Positions 59,901 to 64,000 of a DNA stretch of 64,000 bases are shown here, piece after piece. The translations under genes were made by a program, and so were the position numbers. Source of the DNA: Octopus vulgaris (lineage: Eukaryota); assembly GCA_951406725.2 (NCBI GenBank), contig OX597816.1, positions 101,866,001-101,930,000 of the forward strand. Direction: 5' to 3'. Positions within the stretch are counted from its first letter, which is position 1, and the number at the start of each line of letters is the position of its first letter. The notes beneath the pieces were generated by a model. That model was not told where the DNA came from. It was given only the letters and a program-made list of their open reading frames with translations, and searched no databases.

Positions 59901-62136
59901 TTAATCATGCATTATCTCGTACATTTCAATGATGTGATTATTGTAGGGTAGGCATGAGAAGCTAGATCTGGACAGTGTGAACATAAAACTGGTAGAATAT
60001 TTGGGCCAGATACGGCTGTTTAAATGCTTATGGGTTACTGATTGAAGTTTATTGAGGAGAAATACAATAATATAGTGTTGCTGCTTTTATCATTGTCACT
60101 GAAAGCATTTAGACATGCACATTACTAAGAACTCTTCTTACTATCTTCATTAACAGAAACAATATACACATTTTTTTTCTTTTCTCAACCTTTGTAGAGT
60201 TTTTAAGTATTTAAAGTCAAATAGCAATGCTTAAGTTTCTTTTTGGCTAAGTAGAAATAGCCTAAGGGAAAAAGAGGTCATGACATTAATGCTTATCTGA
60301 AAGATATAATAATGGTTTCAAATTAAGATTGAAACTGTTGTGTGGTTTTAGCATGTCAGGACCTTCATAACTTCTCTTTTTTGCTCTTCAGTGCAAAAAG
60401 AGAATAGATATTTTAGCCATAAAAGAAAAAGAAAAAACAGATAAGTATTAATTCAAACAGAAAAATGACTTACTATGCTTTTTTCAGTAATTCTTGTTTT
60501 TCCAAAACGTCATTCTTTAAACTTTCTACTTGTACATTTAATTCTATGTTCTAAAAACATACAAAATACTTTATCAGGTTTTCTACAAAATTCAGCATAA
60601 TTACATAATAATGATTTTTAACATAAGCACACAGAAGGAGTAGGAACAGGTAATTAAAGAGACCCTAGCATTTGATTGCAGGGATGACAAGCCAAGACAA
60701 CCACTACAGAATACAAACTTAAAACATAAAGGGGAACAACTAAACACTGCAAATCATTTTGTCTACTTTGGCAATGGCTGCATAAAAATGACTTTTTATC
60801 CCAAAAGCATTAATTCTTTTTTTTTTTTTCTGTTAAAAAAAAAATGTTTGAAATAGCCCAATGTGTCATTATTATTTATTTTATTAATCTTGGAAGGATT
60901 AAAACCACAACTCTGAACACAAAATTTAAGTTCATCACCATCCTCATTTAATGCTCATTTTCCATGCAGGCAAGAATATGTTGAGCTCTAGTGTGTGCTT
61001 TGGCATGATTTCTACAACCAGATGCCCTTCCTAATATCAACCACTATACAGTGTTTATCACTAGCTGTGGAGGGTATATAGCAAATTGGAGGATGCTATG
61101 AATTTATTATAATATTATTATAGTATTGTTGTCTGGCACCTGTGTCGGTGGCACATAAAAAAACACCATCCAAGCGTGGCCGTTCGCCAGCCTCGTCTGG
61201 CACCTGTGTCGGTGGCACATAAAAAACACCATCCGAGCGTGGCCGTCTGCCAGCCTCGTCTGGCACCTGTGTCAGTGGCACATAAAAAAACACCATCCGA
61301 GCGTGGCCGTTCGCCAGCCTCGTCTGGCACCTGTGTCGGTGGCACATAAAATCACCCACTACACTCTCGGAGTGGTTGGCGTTAGGAAGGGCATCCAGCT
61401 GCAGAAACACTGCCAGATCTGACTGGCCTGGTGCAGCCTTCGGGCTCCCCAGACCCCAGTTGAACCGTCCAACCCGTGCTAGCATGGAAAGCAGACGTTA
61501 AACAATGATGATGATGATATTAAATATCAAATGATTCATAGCATATATAAATTAGTAAAATATAAAATATTTATTTATACATAAAAATAGGGGTGGCAGC
61601 ACTGAGGGTATTATATGGCCATGAGTGGGGGGAGTGACAGGGGCAAAAAGTTTGTGAACCTCTGTTCTAGAACATAATATTTAATGGAGACATTTAAAAT
61701 AATATTTTTGTTGTAACTTTCTCATGCTTTTATATGATCAAATATATTATACACAGATTAAAAGTCATAGTAATCTTATTTTATTTTACTAGAGAATATA
61801 TTGTGATTTCTTACTGCTGACTCCCAGTCCAGAATAGCAACTGAACTCTGTGCTCAGAGTTAATAAATCATTCCAATGCACCCAATACAATGAGTACACA
61901 GAGAGAGTGAAGGAAGATGAATAACAGTCAATAAATGATATTTGTAATCCAAAATTAGTGATCTTGCCATTTTGCTCTCTTCAACTCAAACAGCAAATAG
62001 ATAAGAGAGGAAGAAAACAGAGTTAATTTACCATTTTAAAAGTATCATCACTGCCAAATTTTTGTCTGCACCGATCTTCAAGGAAATATATTCTTAATTT
62101 CAGGCTAAAGTTTTCTTTTCTCAATTCTTCTATCAA
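1..62136 (-). CDS. CDK5RAP2: Centrosomin/CDK5RAP2/myomegalin (PDE4DIP)-family coiled-coil protein, partial multi-exon gene (29 exons in window; 5' and 3' ends outside)
   Basis: Manually chained GT-AG exons with matching phases give one open frame of about 1,520 codons. The N-terminal exons encode the CM1 signature LIEELRKENFSLKLRIYFLED...NIELNVQVESLKNDVLEKQELLKKA, followed by a long coiled-coil. The symbol is family-level: likely co-ortholog of vertebrate CDK5RAP2 and PDE4DIP. Confidence 0.88.
390..757 (-). mobile_element. Non-autonomous Helitron-like element
   Basis: Minus strand: A|TC 5' end, CTGT/GTGT microsatellite near the 5' end, GC-rich subterminal hairpin, CTAG|T 3' end, no TSD. Confidence 0.75.
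1355..1775 (-). mobile_element. tRNA-derived SINE (family A head, (GAT)n-type tail)
   Basis: Head homologous to 4146-4300; tail homologous to the GGGCATCC...GCATG...GATGTT(GAT)n module. Confidence 0.75.
2475..3330 (-). mobile_element. Degenerate RTE-clade LINE 3' fragment
   Basis: Translation WKFRELLSLLTTKDFSFREKSKFFEAWVQNVMMQCSKTWTL resembles the RTE RT thumb region; stops and frameshifts present. Confidence 0.75.
3530..3915 (-). mobile_element. tRNA-derived SINE (family A head, (GAT)n-type tail)
   Basis: Homologous to 1355-1775. Confidence 0.7.
4146..4539 (+). mobile_element. Full-length tRNA-derived SINE (family A)
   Basis: A-box TGGCTGTGTGG, B-box-like GGTTCAGTCCC, CACCTTGGGCAAGTG core-like segment, internal (TA)(TG) tract, tail ending ACTGAAACAAGTAAAAGAGTAA. 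Confidence 0.85.
6878..7062. mobile_element. hAT-type MITE
   Basis: TIRs CAGCGCTCTGCAAC / GTTGCAGAGCACTG; 8-bp TSD CTATAAGC / ATATAAGC. Confidence 0.8.
9232..9702 (-). mobile_element. tRNA-derived SINE family A with duplicated 3' tail
   Basis: Reverse-complement homology to 4146-4539; tail present twice (9232-9280 and 9300-9360). Confidence 0.8.
9705..9789. repeat. Compound microsatellite (TA)n(GA)n
   Basis: Seen directly. Confidence 0.95.
9866..10339. repeat. Long inverted repeat / foldback (MITE-like), 231-bp arms with a 12-nt spacer
   Basis: 9866-10096 is the reverse complement of 10109-10339 with scattered mismatches; mirrored ORFs appear on both strands in the track. Confidence 0.92.
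10410..10700 (+). mobile_element. RTE-clade LINE 3' end with a 41-bp tandem duplication
   Basis: RGRPRKTWDEVVK...EMTRD.DLWKYAVREKTR C-terminal motif; AGAGGTAGACCCAGGAAAACCTGGGA repeated at 10420 and 10461. Confidence 0.8.
10770..11268 (+). mobile_element. RTE-associated repeat with internal ~61-67-bp minisatellite and (GAT)n tail
   Basis: About 5.5 units of TGCCGGTGGCACGTAAAAAGCACCATCCGATCGTGGCCGTTGCCAGC..., then GGTTGGCATTAGGAAGGGCATCC...GCATGGAAAGCAGACGCTAAATGATGAT. Confidence 0.85.
11500..11645 (-). mobile_element. Helitron-like 5' fragment
   Basis: AAATTTGAATGAAATCAGTTG...CACACATTCTCAGTTTTATA resembles the 5' portion of 390-757; related to 20725-20880. Confidence 0.5.
12160..12345 (-). 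mobile_element. Degenerate R4/Dong-like (RLE) LINE fragment, Zn-knuckle region
   Basis: Minus frame gives CRICRKYEET and, after a frameshift, HWKICRSC; adjacent to (TAA)n. Confidence 0.5.
12404..12835 (+). mobile_element. Two tandem family-B SINEs
   Basis: Homologous to the 18476-19925 units; further copies at 17424-17635 and 41850-42245. Confidence 0.8.
13743..14120 (+). CDS. LINE ORF1 C-terminal fragment (DLGCVPPTGALRLGRPGPKPRLIKLSF...TQGN*)
   Basis: 125 stop-free codons from the 5' truncation point; RLG....PR.I.L.F motif typical of CR1/L2-type ORF1; absent from the ORF track because it has no start codon. Confidence 0.75.
   Translation, partial: DLGCVPPTGALRLGRPGPKPRLIKLSFPDHAEATAYHLASVKAGRENPTTLRTRPGLPSDVRPKLRVAASLNRNSALQESFSLREDGQIWRFVKTGETWKRDNSWSECSLPTMTDTKKTTATQGN
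14111..16942 (+). CDS. LINE ORF2: APE endonuclease plus reverse transcriptase
   Basis: Uninterrupted 921-aa ORF (frame open from 14093) with NARS, TETW, GDFN, LDL and SDH (APE); YLDFAKAF, GVPQGSVLGPLLF and YADD (RT); CR1-type C-terminus TRGH...FF..RV...WNKLP. Confidence 0.95.
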   Translation, partial: GKLNLNNLPSSTHHHKLQAGYKLLSLNARSLCNKIHLFNAYVGSIDPDFITVTETWAHSLLCDGVFNITGYNLFRKDRINRRGGGVMVYVRSNFSVIPCADLNESQEEVFFCDVRMTMSTLLLGVVYRPPNYHRDTQLCDILRAAARKTATYVFIAGDFNHPEINWETFHWPQSAKVFVELVLDSNWSQVATSPTRGDNTLDLLFTTTPEAVINCTTEEPLGDSDHAMIIANLALAGNKNLNHLQTASFDWKRADWNLYHTELQHPNWREFYNSGDVNTILQSILDSIWAACAASVPCKQKKKNRPKSAIWETSAVRLARKERRTAERDYKLHKSDTNRKKRNKSSNHLKQVTKKAVLEFEQCIAANPDSKVFWKYVHSKQRPHSPVGPLRNPHTNQITDDPKECAELIAECYANIFTVESQNVPSSPSLTANSITTMEFTPAMLRRHLQNKRNYASPGLDGVTYLLLKRGRYFLLHQLSTFFQYCLNNGATPEQWKTASVIPLFKKGDRTSPVNYHSVSLTSCIAKLMESCVRETLWNFWSSHSLIRPSQYGFVPNSSCSDQLVEFLEDITQIIDSGSWVDVVYLDFAKAFNSVPHKRLMVKLSAMGVRDDLFNWLKSFILNRKEVVTVLGQHSTPYEMSSGVPQGSVLGPLLFVAYINDIDANLKNATVLKYADDIKLYLEIKRTDPVVYSSFLQSDLDTMQQWITDWQLKLAVDKCTTMHFGRKNPASTYSLHNTDIKKSSCERDLGITVSSDLRWTKHISKIVKKAEGVLASLSKTFVSRSPAIYLKLYTAMVRPHLEFASSVWNPYLAQNIDLLESVQRRATKRIPSIRHLPYSEGLVSLGMDSLKLRRLATDLVNTHKVVNHLTNNNTEHLFDLHVSNTRGHAYKVRKQHSSHDFRKHFFTLRVAEAWNKLPASVVDCHDTASFKALMLSEIRRNYT
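17637..18460 (-). mobile_element. R4/Dong-like RLE-endonuclease LINE 3' fragment
   Basis: IIWDMPIQT, VEKLSKYKDLETEVFRM*GIKVKTVPVIDGALSMI, QKISLLGTAHILWKISI*; 3' end abuts (TAA)n. Confidence 0.8.
18476..19925 (+). mobile_element. Head-to-tail array of about 6 tRNA-derived family-B SINEs with (ATT)n tails
   Basis: Repeated GCTGGCAGAATnGTTAGC...CTGAGTTCAAATTC...GCCTTTCATCCTTT...AAGTACCAG...AGGCCTTGTGCCTATAGnAGAAAGGATTATT units. Confidence 0.85.
20725..20880 (+). mobile_element. Helitron-like 5' fragment
   Basis: ATATAAAA...GTGTGTCTGTCTG...CAACCAATTTTAAAGAAACTT...GGGCCAAAA, related to 11500-11645 in opposite orientation. Confidence 0.5.
21150..21733 (+). mobile_element. Degenerate Tc1/mariner-superfamily transposon 3' part
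   Basis: LAELKE...QELTPEMLQNIFHNAKERFEVC resembles the DDE transposase C-terminus; ends CCGGAACACCCTG-TA. Confidence 0.6.
23069..23210. mobile_element. Old hAT(Charlie)-like MITE
   Basis: CAAACATAGGCAACC / GATTGCCCATGACTG termini; degenerate TSD CTTTACAT / CTCTACAG. Confidence 0.5.
23758..23884 (-). CDS. CDK5RAP2: Exon (GPYGVNRNGNSNNNALADDALSPENQLFDRGFADDSVDKHQQ)
   Basis: 127 nt, cag/gtatgt, phase 1-2. Confidence 0.8.
24640..24840. repeat. Degenerate purine-rich tandem repeat (AAATACAAGAGAAAGGAAAGGC-like units)
   Basis: Seen directly, just inside the intron after the large exon. Confidence 0.75.
24865..26451 (-). CDS. CDK5RAP2: Large 1587-nt exon, Ser-rich segments plus coiled-coil
   Basis: Lies within ORF 24518..26443; cag acceptor at 26452-26454, gtaagc donor; phase 1-1, matching both neighbours. 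Confidence 0.88.
27035..27189 (-). CDS. CDK5RAP2: Exon (HVERELLALQNLRQQLEQGIDQNNKLRSNMFRQL...)
   Basis: 155 nt, cag/gtaagt, phase 2-1; LRxQLExGIxxNxxLR resembles motifs of myomegalin/CDK5RAP2. Confidence 0.86.
27312..27427 (-). CDS. CDK5RAP2: Exon ((Q)MWELMQQQLEEMKALRDSLLTEQNIWVSLRKSAFEEP)
   Basis: TAGCAG tandem acceptor (116 or 113 nt), gtaatt donor, phase 0-2. Confidence 0.83.
28250..28393 (-). CDS. CDK5RAP2: Exon (EKMRGRMMELERENQALLELRKEY...KESDQK)
   Basis: 144 nt, tag/gtcagt, phase 0-0. Confidence 0.85.
30501..30550 (-). CDS. CDK5RAP2: Exon (NEKLQNLEEQLKKAKE)
   Basis: 50 nt, tag/gtaagg, phase 1-0. Confidence 0.82.
30924..31092 (-). mobile_element. 3' module of the (GAT)n-tailed family
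   Basis: Reverse-complement homology to 11120-11268; older copies at 19593-19768, 32495-32730, 37830-38025 and 43550-43842. Confidence 0.8.
32101..32257 (-). CDS. CDK5RAP2: Exon (TLVDSCQQKESLIRQLQESNSQE...DNDSVPE)
   Basis: 157 nt, cag/gtaagt, phase 0-1. Confidence 0.86.
33074..33169 (-). CDS. CDK5RAP2: Exon (TLEANSALIEKMQETELKKLRSSLEDRDKTIK)
   Basis: 96 nt, cag/gtatat. Confidence 0.85.
33407..33502 (-). CDS. CDK5RAP2: Exon (NLIDKQNLEMADKIRELQKLRLEISRKDYEIQ)
   Basis: 96 nt, cag/gtatgt. Confidence 0.85.
34315..34410 (-). CDS. CDK5RAP2: Exon (ELMEEKKKSALGNEKSSHDLLDKLKMKDSDIK)
   Basis: 96 nt, tag/gtgtgt. Confidence 0.83.
34847..34933 (-). CDS. CDK5RAP2: Exon (ESLRLHVSDSENKVVELEKRMLAKDQLLQ)
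   Basis: 87 nt, tag/gtgaga. Confidence 0.85.
35030..35700 (-). mobile_element. Degenerate RTE LINE fragment
   Basis: DSFSYIGDL...WKIFKELLSLLTKKEF, homologous to 2475-3330. Confidence 0.7.
36075..36170 (-). CDS. CDK5RAP2: Exon (EQTENHSRIMEEKDDLIQHLQNAITAKNNALE)
   Basis: 96 nt, cag/gtaaag. Confidence 0.85.
36726..36809 (-). CDS. CDK5RAP2: Exon (MIGKQSKMKDLNINKLSAALKAAQNVHK)
   Basis: 84 nt, tag/gtaagt. Confidence 0.83.
37473..37610 (-). CDS. CDK5RAP2: Exon (KTLSDQIHLEEEFNMEIQQLRLALRERDSNLEKANHMLLSAQETID)
   Basis: 138 nt, cag/gtaagt. Confidence 0.87.
38079..38141 (-). CDS. CDK5RAP2: Exon (MKSGVIESLEERLKEKEESLQ)
   Basis: 63 nt, tag/gtagtt. Confidence 0.8.
39135..39680. repeat. Degenerate ~20-bp minisatellite (CATCATACAATCTGTGAGTA), interrupted by a SINE 3' fragment at ~39414-39505
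   Basis: Recurrent CATACAATCT cores at roughly 20-bp spacing. Confidence 0.75.
39784..39858 (-). CDS. CDK5RAP2: Exon (QLQDQLLREKREAKEKLDQQMDQYQ)
   Basis: 75 nt, cag/gtagat. Confidence 0.83.
40717..40821 (-). CDS. CDK5RAP2: Exon (NLVDSIEKKEQELSSFRDMLTKTRDALKQSEDAVQ)
   Basis: 105 nt, aag acceptor, gtaata donor. Confidence 0.82.
43060..43205 (-). mobile_element. tRNA-derived SINE (family D)
   Basis: Minus strand: GTGGCTTAGTGGTTAGGG...TTTCGATTCCTGGACC...GTGTTCTTCAGCAAAACACTT; homologue at 56775-57092. Confidence 0.75.
46287..46379 (-). CDS. CDK5RAP2: Exon (DIEKQHSTMFSKDELIEKLQRHVREKELNNQ)
   Basis: 93 nt, cag/gtagat. Confidence 0.82.
50636..50677 (-). pseudogene. Degenerate hammerhead ribozyme copy
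   Basis: Minus strand reads GACAC CTAATGA A GGCTG...CAGCT GAAA C GTGTT: G5A, C11.1U and a 3-nt deletion at the cleavage site. Confidence 0.7.
50973..51018 (+). ncRNA. Minimal type I hammerhead ribozyme
   Basis: GACAC (stem I) CTGATGA A GGCTG-loop-CAGCC (stem II) GAAA CG TT GTGTT (stem I'); palindromic AACGTT at stem III. Confidence 0.8.
51245..51337 (-). CDS. CDK5RAP2: Exon (IQELQKHILKDKEDLNKTRQELYEVSLQKHK)
   Basis: 93 nt, cag/gtaaga. Confidence 0.85.
52144..52263 (-). CDS. CDK5RAP2: Exon (LLEQQLKKVESELETEKTNGLKKNKLIKGLTQNLQEKRNE)
   Basis: 120 nt, tag/gtacat. Confidence 0.85.
52697..52792 (-). CDS. CDK5RAP2: Exon (DMIDDKQENIKKMESEIQQLNTSMNEKGDSVA)
   Basis: 96 nt, cag/gtaagt. Confidence 0.85.
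52894..53129. mobile_element. Tc1-like MITE
   Basis: TA-CAGTCATGGTCAAAAGTTGGGAACAT ... ATGTTCCAAACTTTTGGCTACAACTG; internal third copy of the TIR motif at ~52987. Confidence 0.75.
53174..53975. mobile_element. Mariner-derived foldback remnant (two inverted 5' ends)
   Basis: + strand EQRICIKFCQKLSDTCSEAY; - strand MSRTQVYKWFRCFQDD...GRPATS...AKFVPK; 53233-53440 is inverted at 53825-53975. Confidence 0.8.
56191..56262 (-). CDS. CDK5RAP2: Exon (KLSQVLEATKQIKSDDVLLESHYQ)
   Basis: 72 nt, strong polypyrimidine-cag acceptor, gtctgt donor, phase 0-0. Confidence 0.7.
56775..57092 (-). mobile_element. tRNA-derived SINE (family D), near full length
   Basis: GTGGTTAGAGC...GAGTTCGATTTCCGGGCC head on the minus strand; shares body with 43060-43205. 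Confidence 0.75.
57760..57874 (-). CDS. CDK5RAP2: Exon (MVDQLGSELESKHRLEDNYIEKIKKLEKTLGRRERDFE)
   Basis: 115 nt, cag/gtaagt, phase 2-0. Confidence 0.85.
58178..58502 (-). mobile_element. 5'-truncated SINE (family A, (GAT)n tail)
   Basis: Homologous to 1355-1775. Confidence 0.7.
58660..58691 (-). CDS. CDK5RAP2: Micro-exon (NKDSDLQDLQ)
   Basis: 32 nt, cag/gtaagt, phase 0-2; required to keep the frame into the next exon. Confidence 0.78.
59190..59324 (-). CDS. CDK5RAP2: Exon (ELALAKQKLEDADVTVTRLQADF...HEGL)
   Basis: 135 nt, cag/gtaagt, phase 0-0. Confidence 0.85.
59522..59645 (-). CDS. CDK5RAP2: Exon (LALESLSNSHQQDLKKAIESKEKEWTKDKENLLIQLQDTEK)
   Basis: 124 nt, cag/gtaaat, phase 2-0. Confidence 0.85.
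59841..60034. mobile_element. piggyBac-like MITE
   Basis: TTAA-CCCTTAGGTATT ... AATGCTTATGGG-TTAC termini. Confidence 0.6.
60474..60550 (-). CDS. CDK5RAP2: Exon, CM1 second half (NIELNVQVESLKNDVLEKQELLKKA)
   Basis: 77 nt, tag/gtaagt, phase 0-2. Confidence 0.9.
61131..61519 (+). mobile_element. Same family as 10770-11268, with ~63-bp minisatellite units
   Basis: About 3.5 tandem units, then a near-identical 3' module and (GAT)n tail. Confidence 0.85.
62032..62136 (-). CDS. CDK5RAP2: Exon, CM1 motif (LIEELRKENFSLKLRIYFLEDRCRQKFGSDDTFKM)
   Basis: 105 nt, cag acceptor, gtaaat donor; matches centrosomin motif 1. Confidence 0.92.
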
Positions 62137-64000
62137 CTGAAAATATAACAAAGATTGAAAATAATATTGAGAGAAAAAAAATATAAAACTAAAAACCAAA
62201 CATACAATAGTTGATCACTTTTGATACATCATCAGTTTCTTAAGTGTGTGTTGTTAACCTTTCACAAATTAGGTGAGAAAAGCAAAAAATGCCCTCGACC
62301 TTTCAGGTTCTCTGATATCAATTTTCATTCTGCTATTTTTATTAATGGTGGAGCAATGAAAAATGCAAGGCATTTTTCAAAGGTATGACCCTCTCCATAG
62401 AAGGTTGGTCATACTTTTGGAAAAAGTTTAAAGAAAAAAAAAAACTACAACTGTGATGGTGGTATATTTAGTAGCTCACCAACAAAAGAAAAAGTGAGAA
62501 GTGATGCGATTAATGGAGAGGAGGCAGCCATCAAAAGCCTCTCCTTCATGACTTTCAATGAAGAAGACTTCCCCTTCACCCTATTAGCAATGTATCCACT
62601 ACAACTCCACAACAATCAATACTGAGGAGAAAAGGAATAGCAGTAATCATAACAGCCTATCAAACAGCCACATTATCAACAATAACAAACTGCTGAGTAA
62701 CATCAAAACGAACTGTGACACCATCACCACCACATGAGAAAGAGCCATTGTCAATTTTATAGGCATAGAAGTGCTGTCAGATGGTCTGCAAGGGATGCAT
62801 GGAGAGCAACTAAACTGTTCTACATGTACTTGTTCGGTGTCTTAACACTGCTCACTTGTGTAGATATGTCAAAAAAGTTGTTGTCATGTGCAGGATGAAT
62901 CCAGCCATTAGCTGAGACCATTGTCTAGATCATCTTACCACCCTCCTATGGCTGGAAAGGGGAAACAGTTTCCTTCTATCAAGTGGTTGTAGTGAAAGAA
63001 GTTATGTGTCAAAAAATTACTTTAAAGGATTGAAAACAAATGAAATCGAGGGTGGAGATCTAAGTGCTCTTCTCCAGCAAATTTGTTGAAAGGTGGGCGA
63101 GAGTGGCAAATATGACCATGTGAATGAGTTTACTTGCAGTATGCACTTGTAAGCTGTGGAATACAGCTGGGAAGAGTACCCCCTCTTGATTTTGTAGGGT
63201 TTACTTGGTTAACCTTGGGTGGTTCTTGTCTCCAACCTGTTACAGTTCTGTTTTCATTGATAGTGTACTGTTATTAGTAATTGCTACTTTCACCTCATGC
63301 AATGCAAACCTTTGCTGTTTCATATCTTGTACTGTTGAGGCTTTTGAGAATATATAGAACTAGGATATACACTGGTATCAGAAAACTGCAAAAATTCATT
63401 AAATGAAGCAATTTATCTGATGAACAGTAACAATAATTAATATATTTCAAATCAAAAACTGATCTTTACCACTGTCTATGAATTCCTTACTAAGACCAAA
63501 CATTTTCTCTTTATTCCCAACCATTACCAGAATATGGCATTTAGTTTTATTTATTTTAGAACAAGATTTTTTGAGAGATTTCTCTCTTACTTGAAAGAAT
63601 GTTTGTCCATCATATATACTTTTTTATTGTGAACTCAGCACTTCAAGCTCAGGAAACATGACTTTTTTACAGTATGAATTTATGAGAGTTATTTGCAAAG
63701 TGAATTATGTGACGCTGAGGGTATAACAACAAGAGAATATGAACCAATGACACAATGGCCAGTAAGTTGTTCATGTAATGCTAGCAACTCTCAAAACCCT
63801 TTATAATATATACTGAGAAAGACAATTTAGCCAGCAACAACATTAATAACAAATTATTCCAGTTATTATCTAAAAGTGAAGAATTTTATATTTTAAGAAA
63901 TATATTTTGTTGTTACAAAAAATAGAAATTAAATAAAATAATCAGTGAATATATAAAAAAGAGAAAAAAAAACAGACAGATTAAATACAAAACATAAGTT

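Noticed and set aside
62400-63400. Slightly GC-richer tract, perhaps an old LINE or an upstream exon (similar tracts at 41300-41620, 42240-42900 and 47050-47560)
   Set aside because: I could not read a convincing motif, ORF or splice pair, so they are left unclassified.

Overview
AT-rich, repeat-dense animal genomic DNA. The SINE and LINE repertoire suggests an octopus or other cephalopod (inference). The whole window lies inside one minus-strand multi-exon gene encoding a centrosomin/CDK5RAP2/myomegalin-family coiled-coil protein. I assembled 29 phase-consistent GT-AG exons (about 1,520 codons), including the CM1 motif ENFSLKLRIYFLE; both ends of the gene lie outside the window. The introns hold a young 5'-truncated CR1-type LINE with an uninterrupted APE-RT ORF2, remnants of RTE and R4/Dong-like LINEs, several tRNA-derived SINE families, Helitron-, hAT-, Tc1/mariner- and piggyBac-like non-autonomous elements, and two ~480-bp palindromes. 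Three things most deserve a second look. (1) An intronic palindrome with a tRNA-like centre carries Penelope-type minimal hammerhead ribozymes, intact antisense to the host gene but mutated (G5A plus loss of the cleavage site) on the host-transcribed strand. (2) The LINE ORF1/ORF2 junction has no AUG for ORF2 and a canonical G_GGA_AAC -1 frameshift heptamer. (3) A ~705-bp duplication shows the LINE's empty and filled sites side by side.
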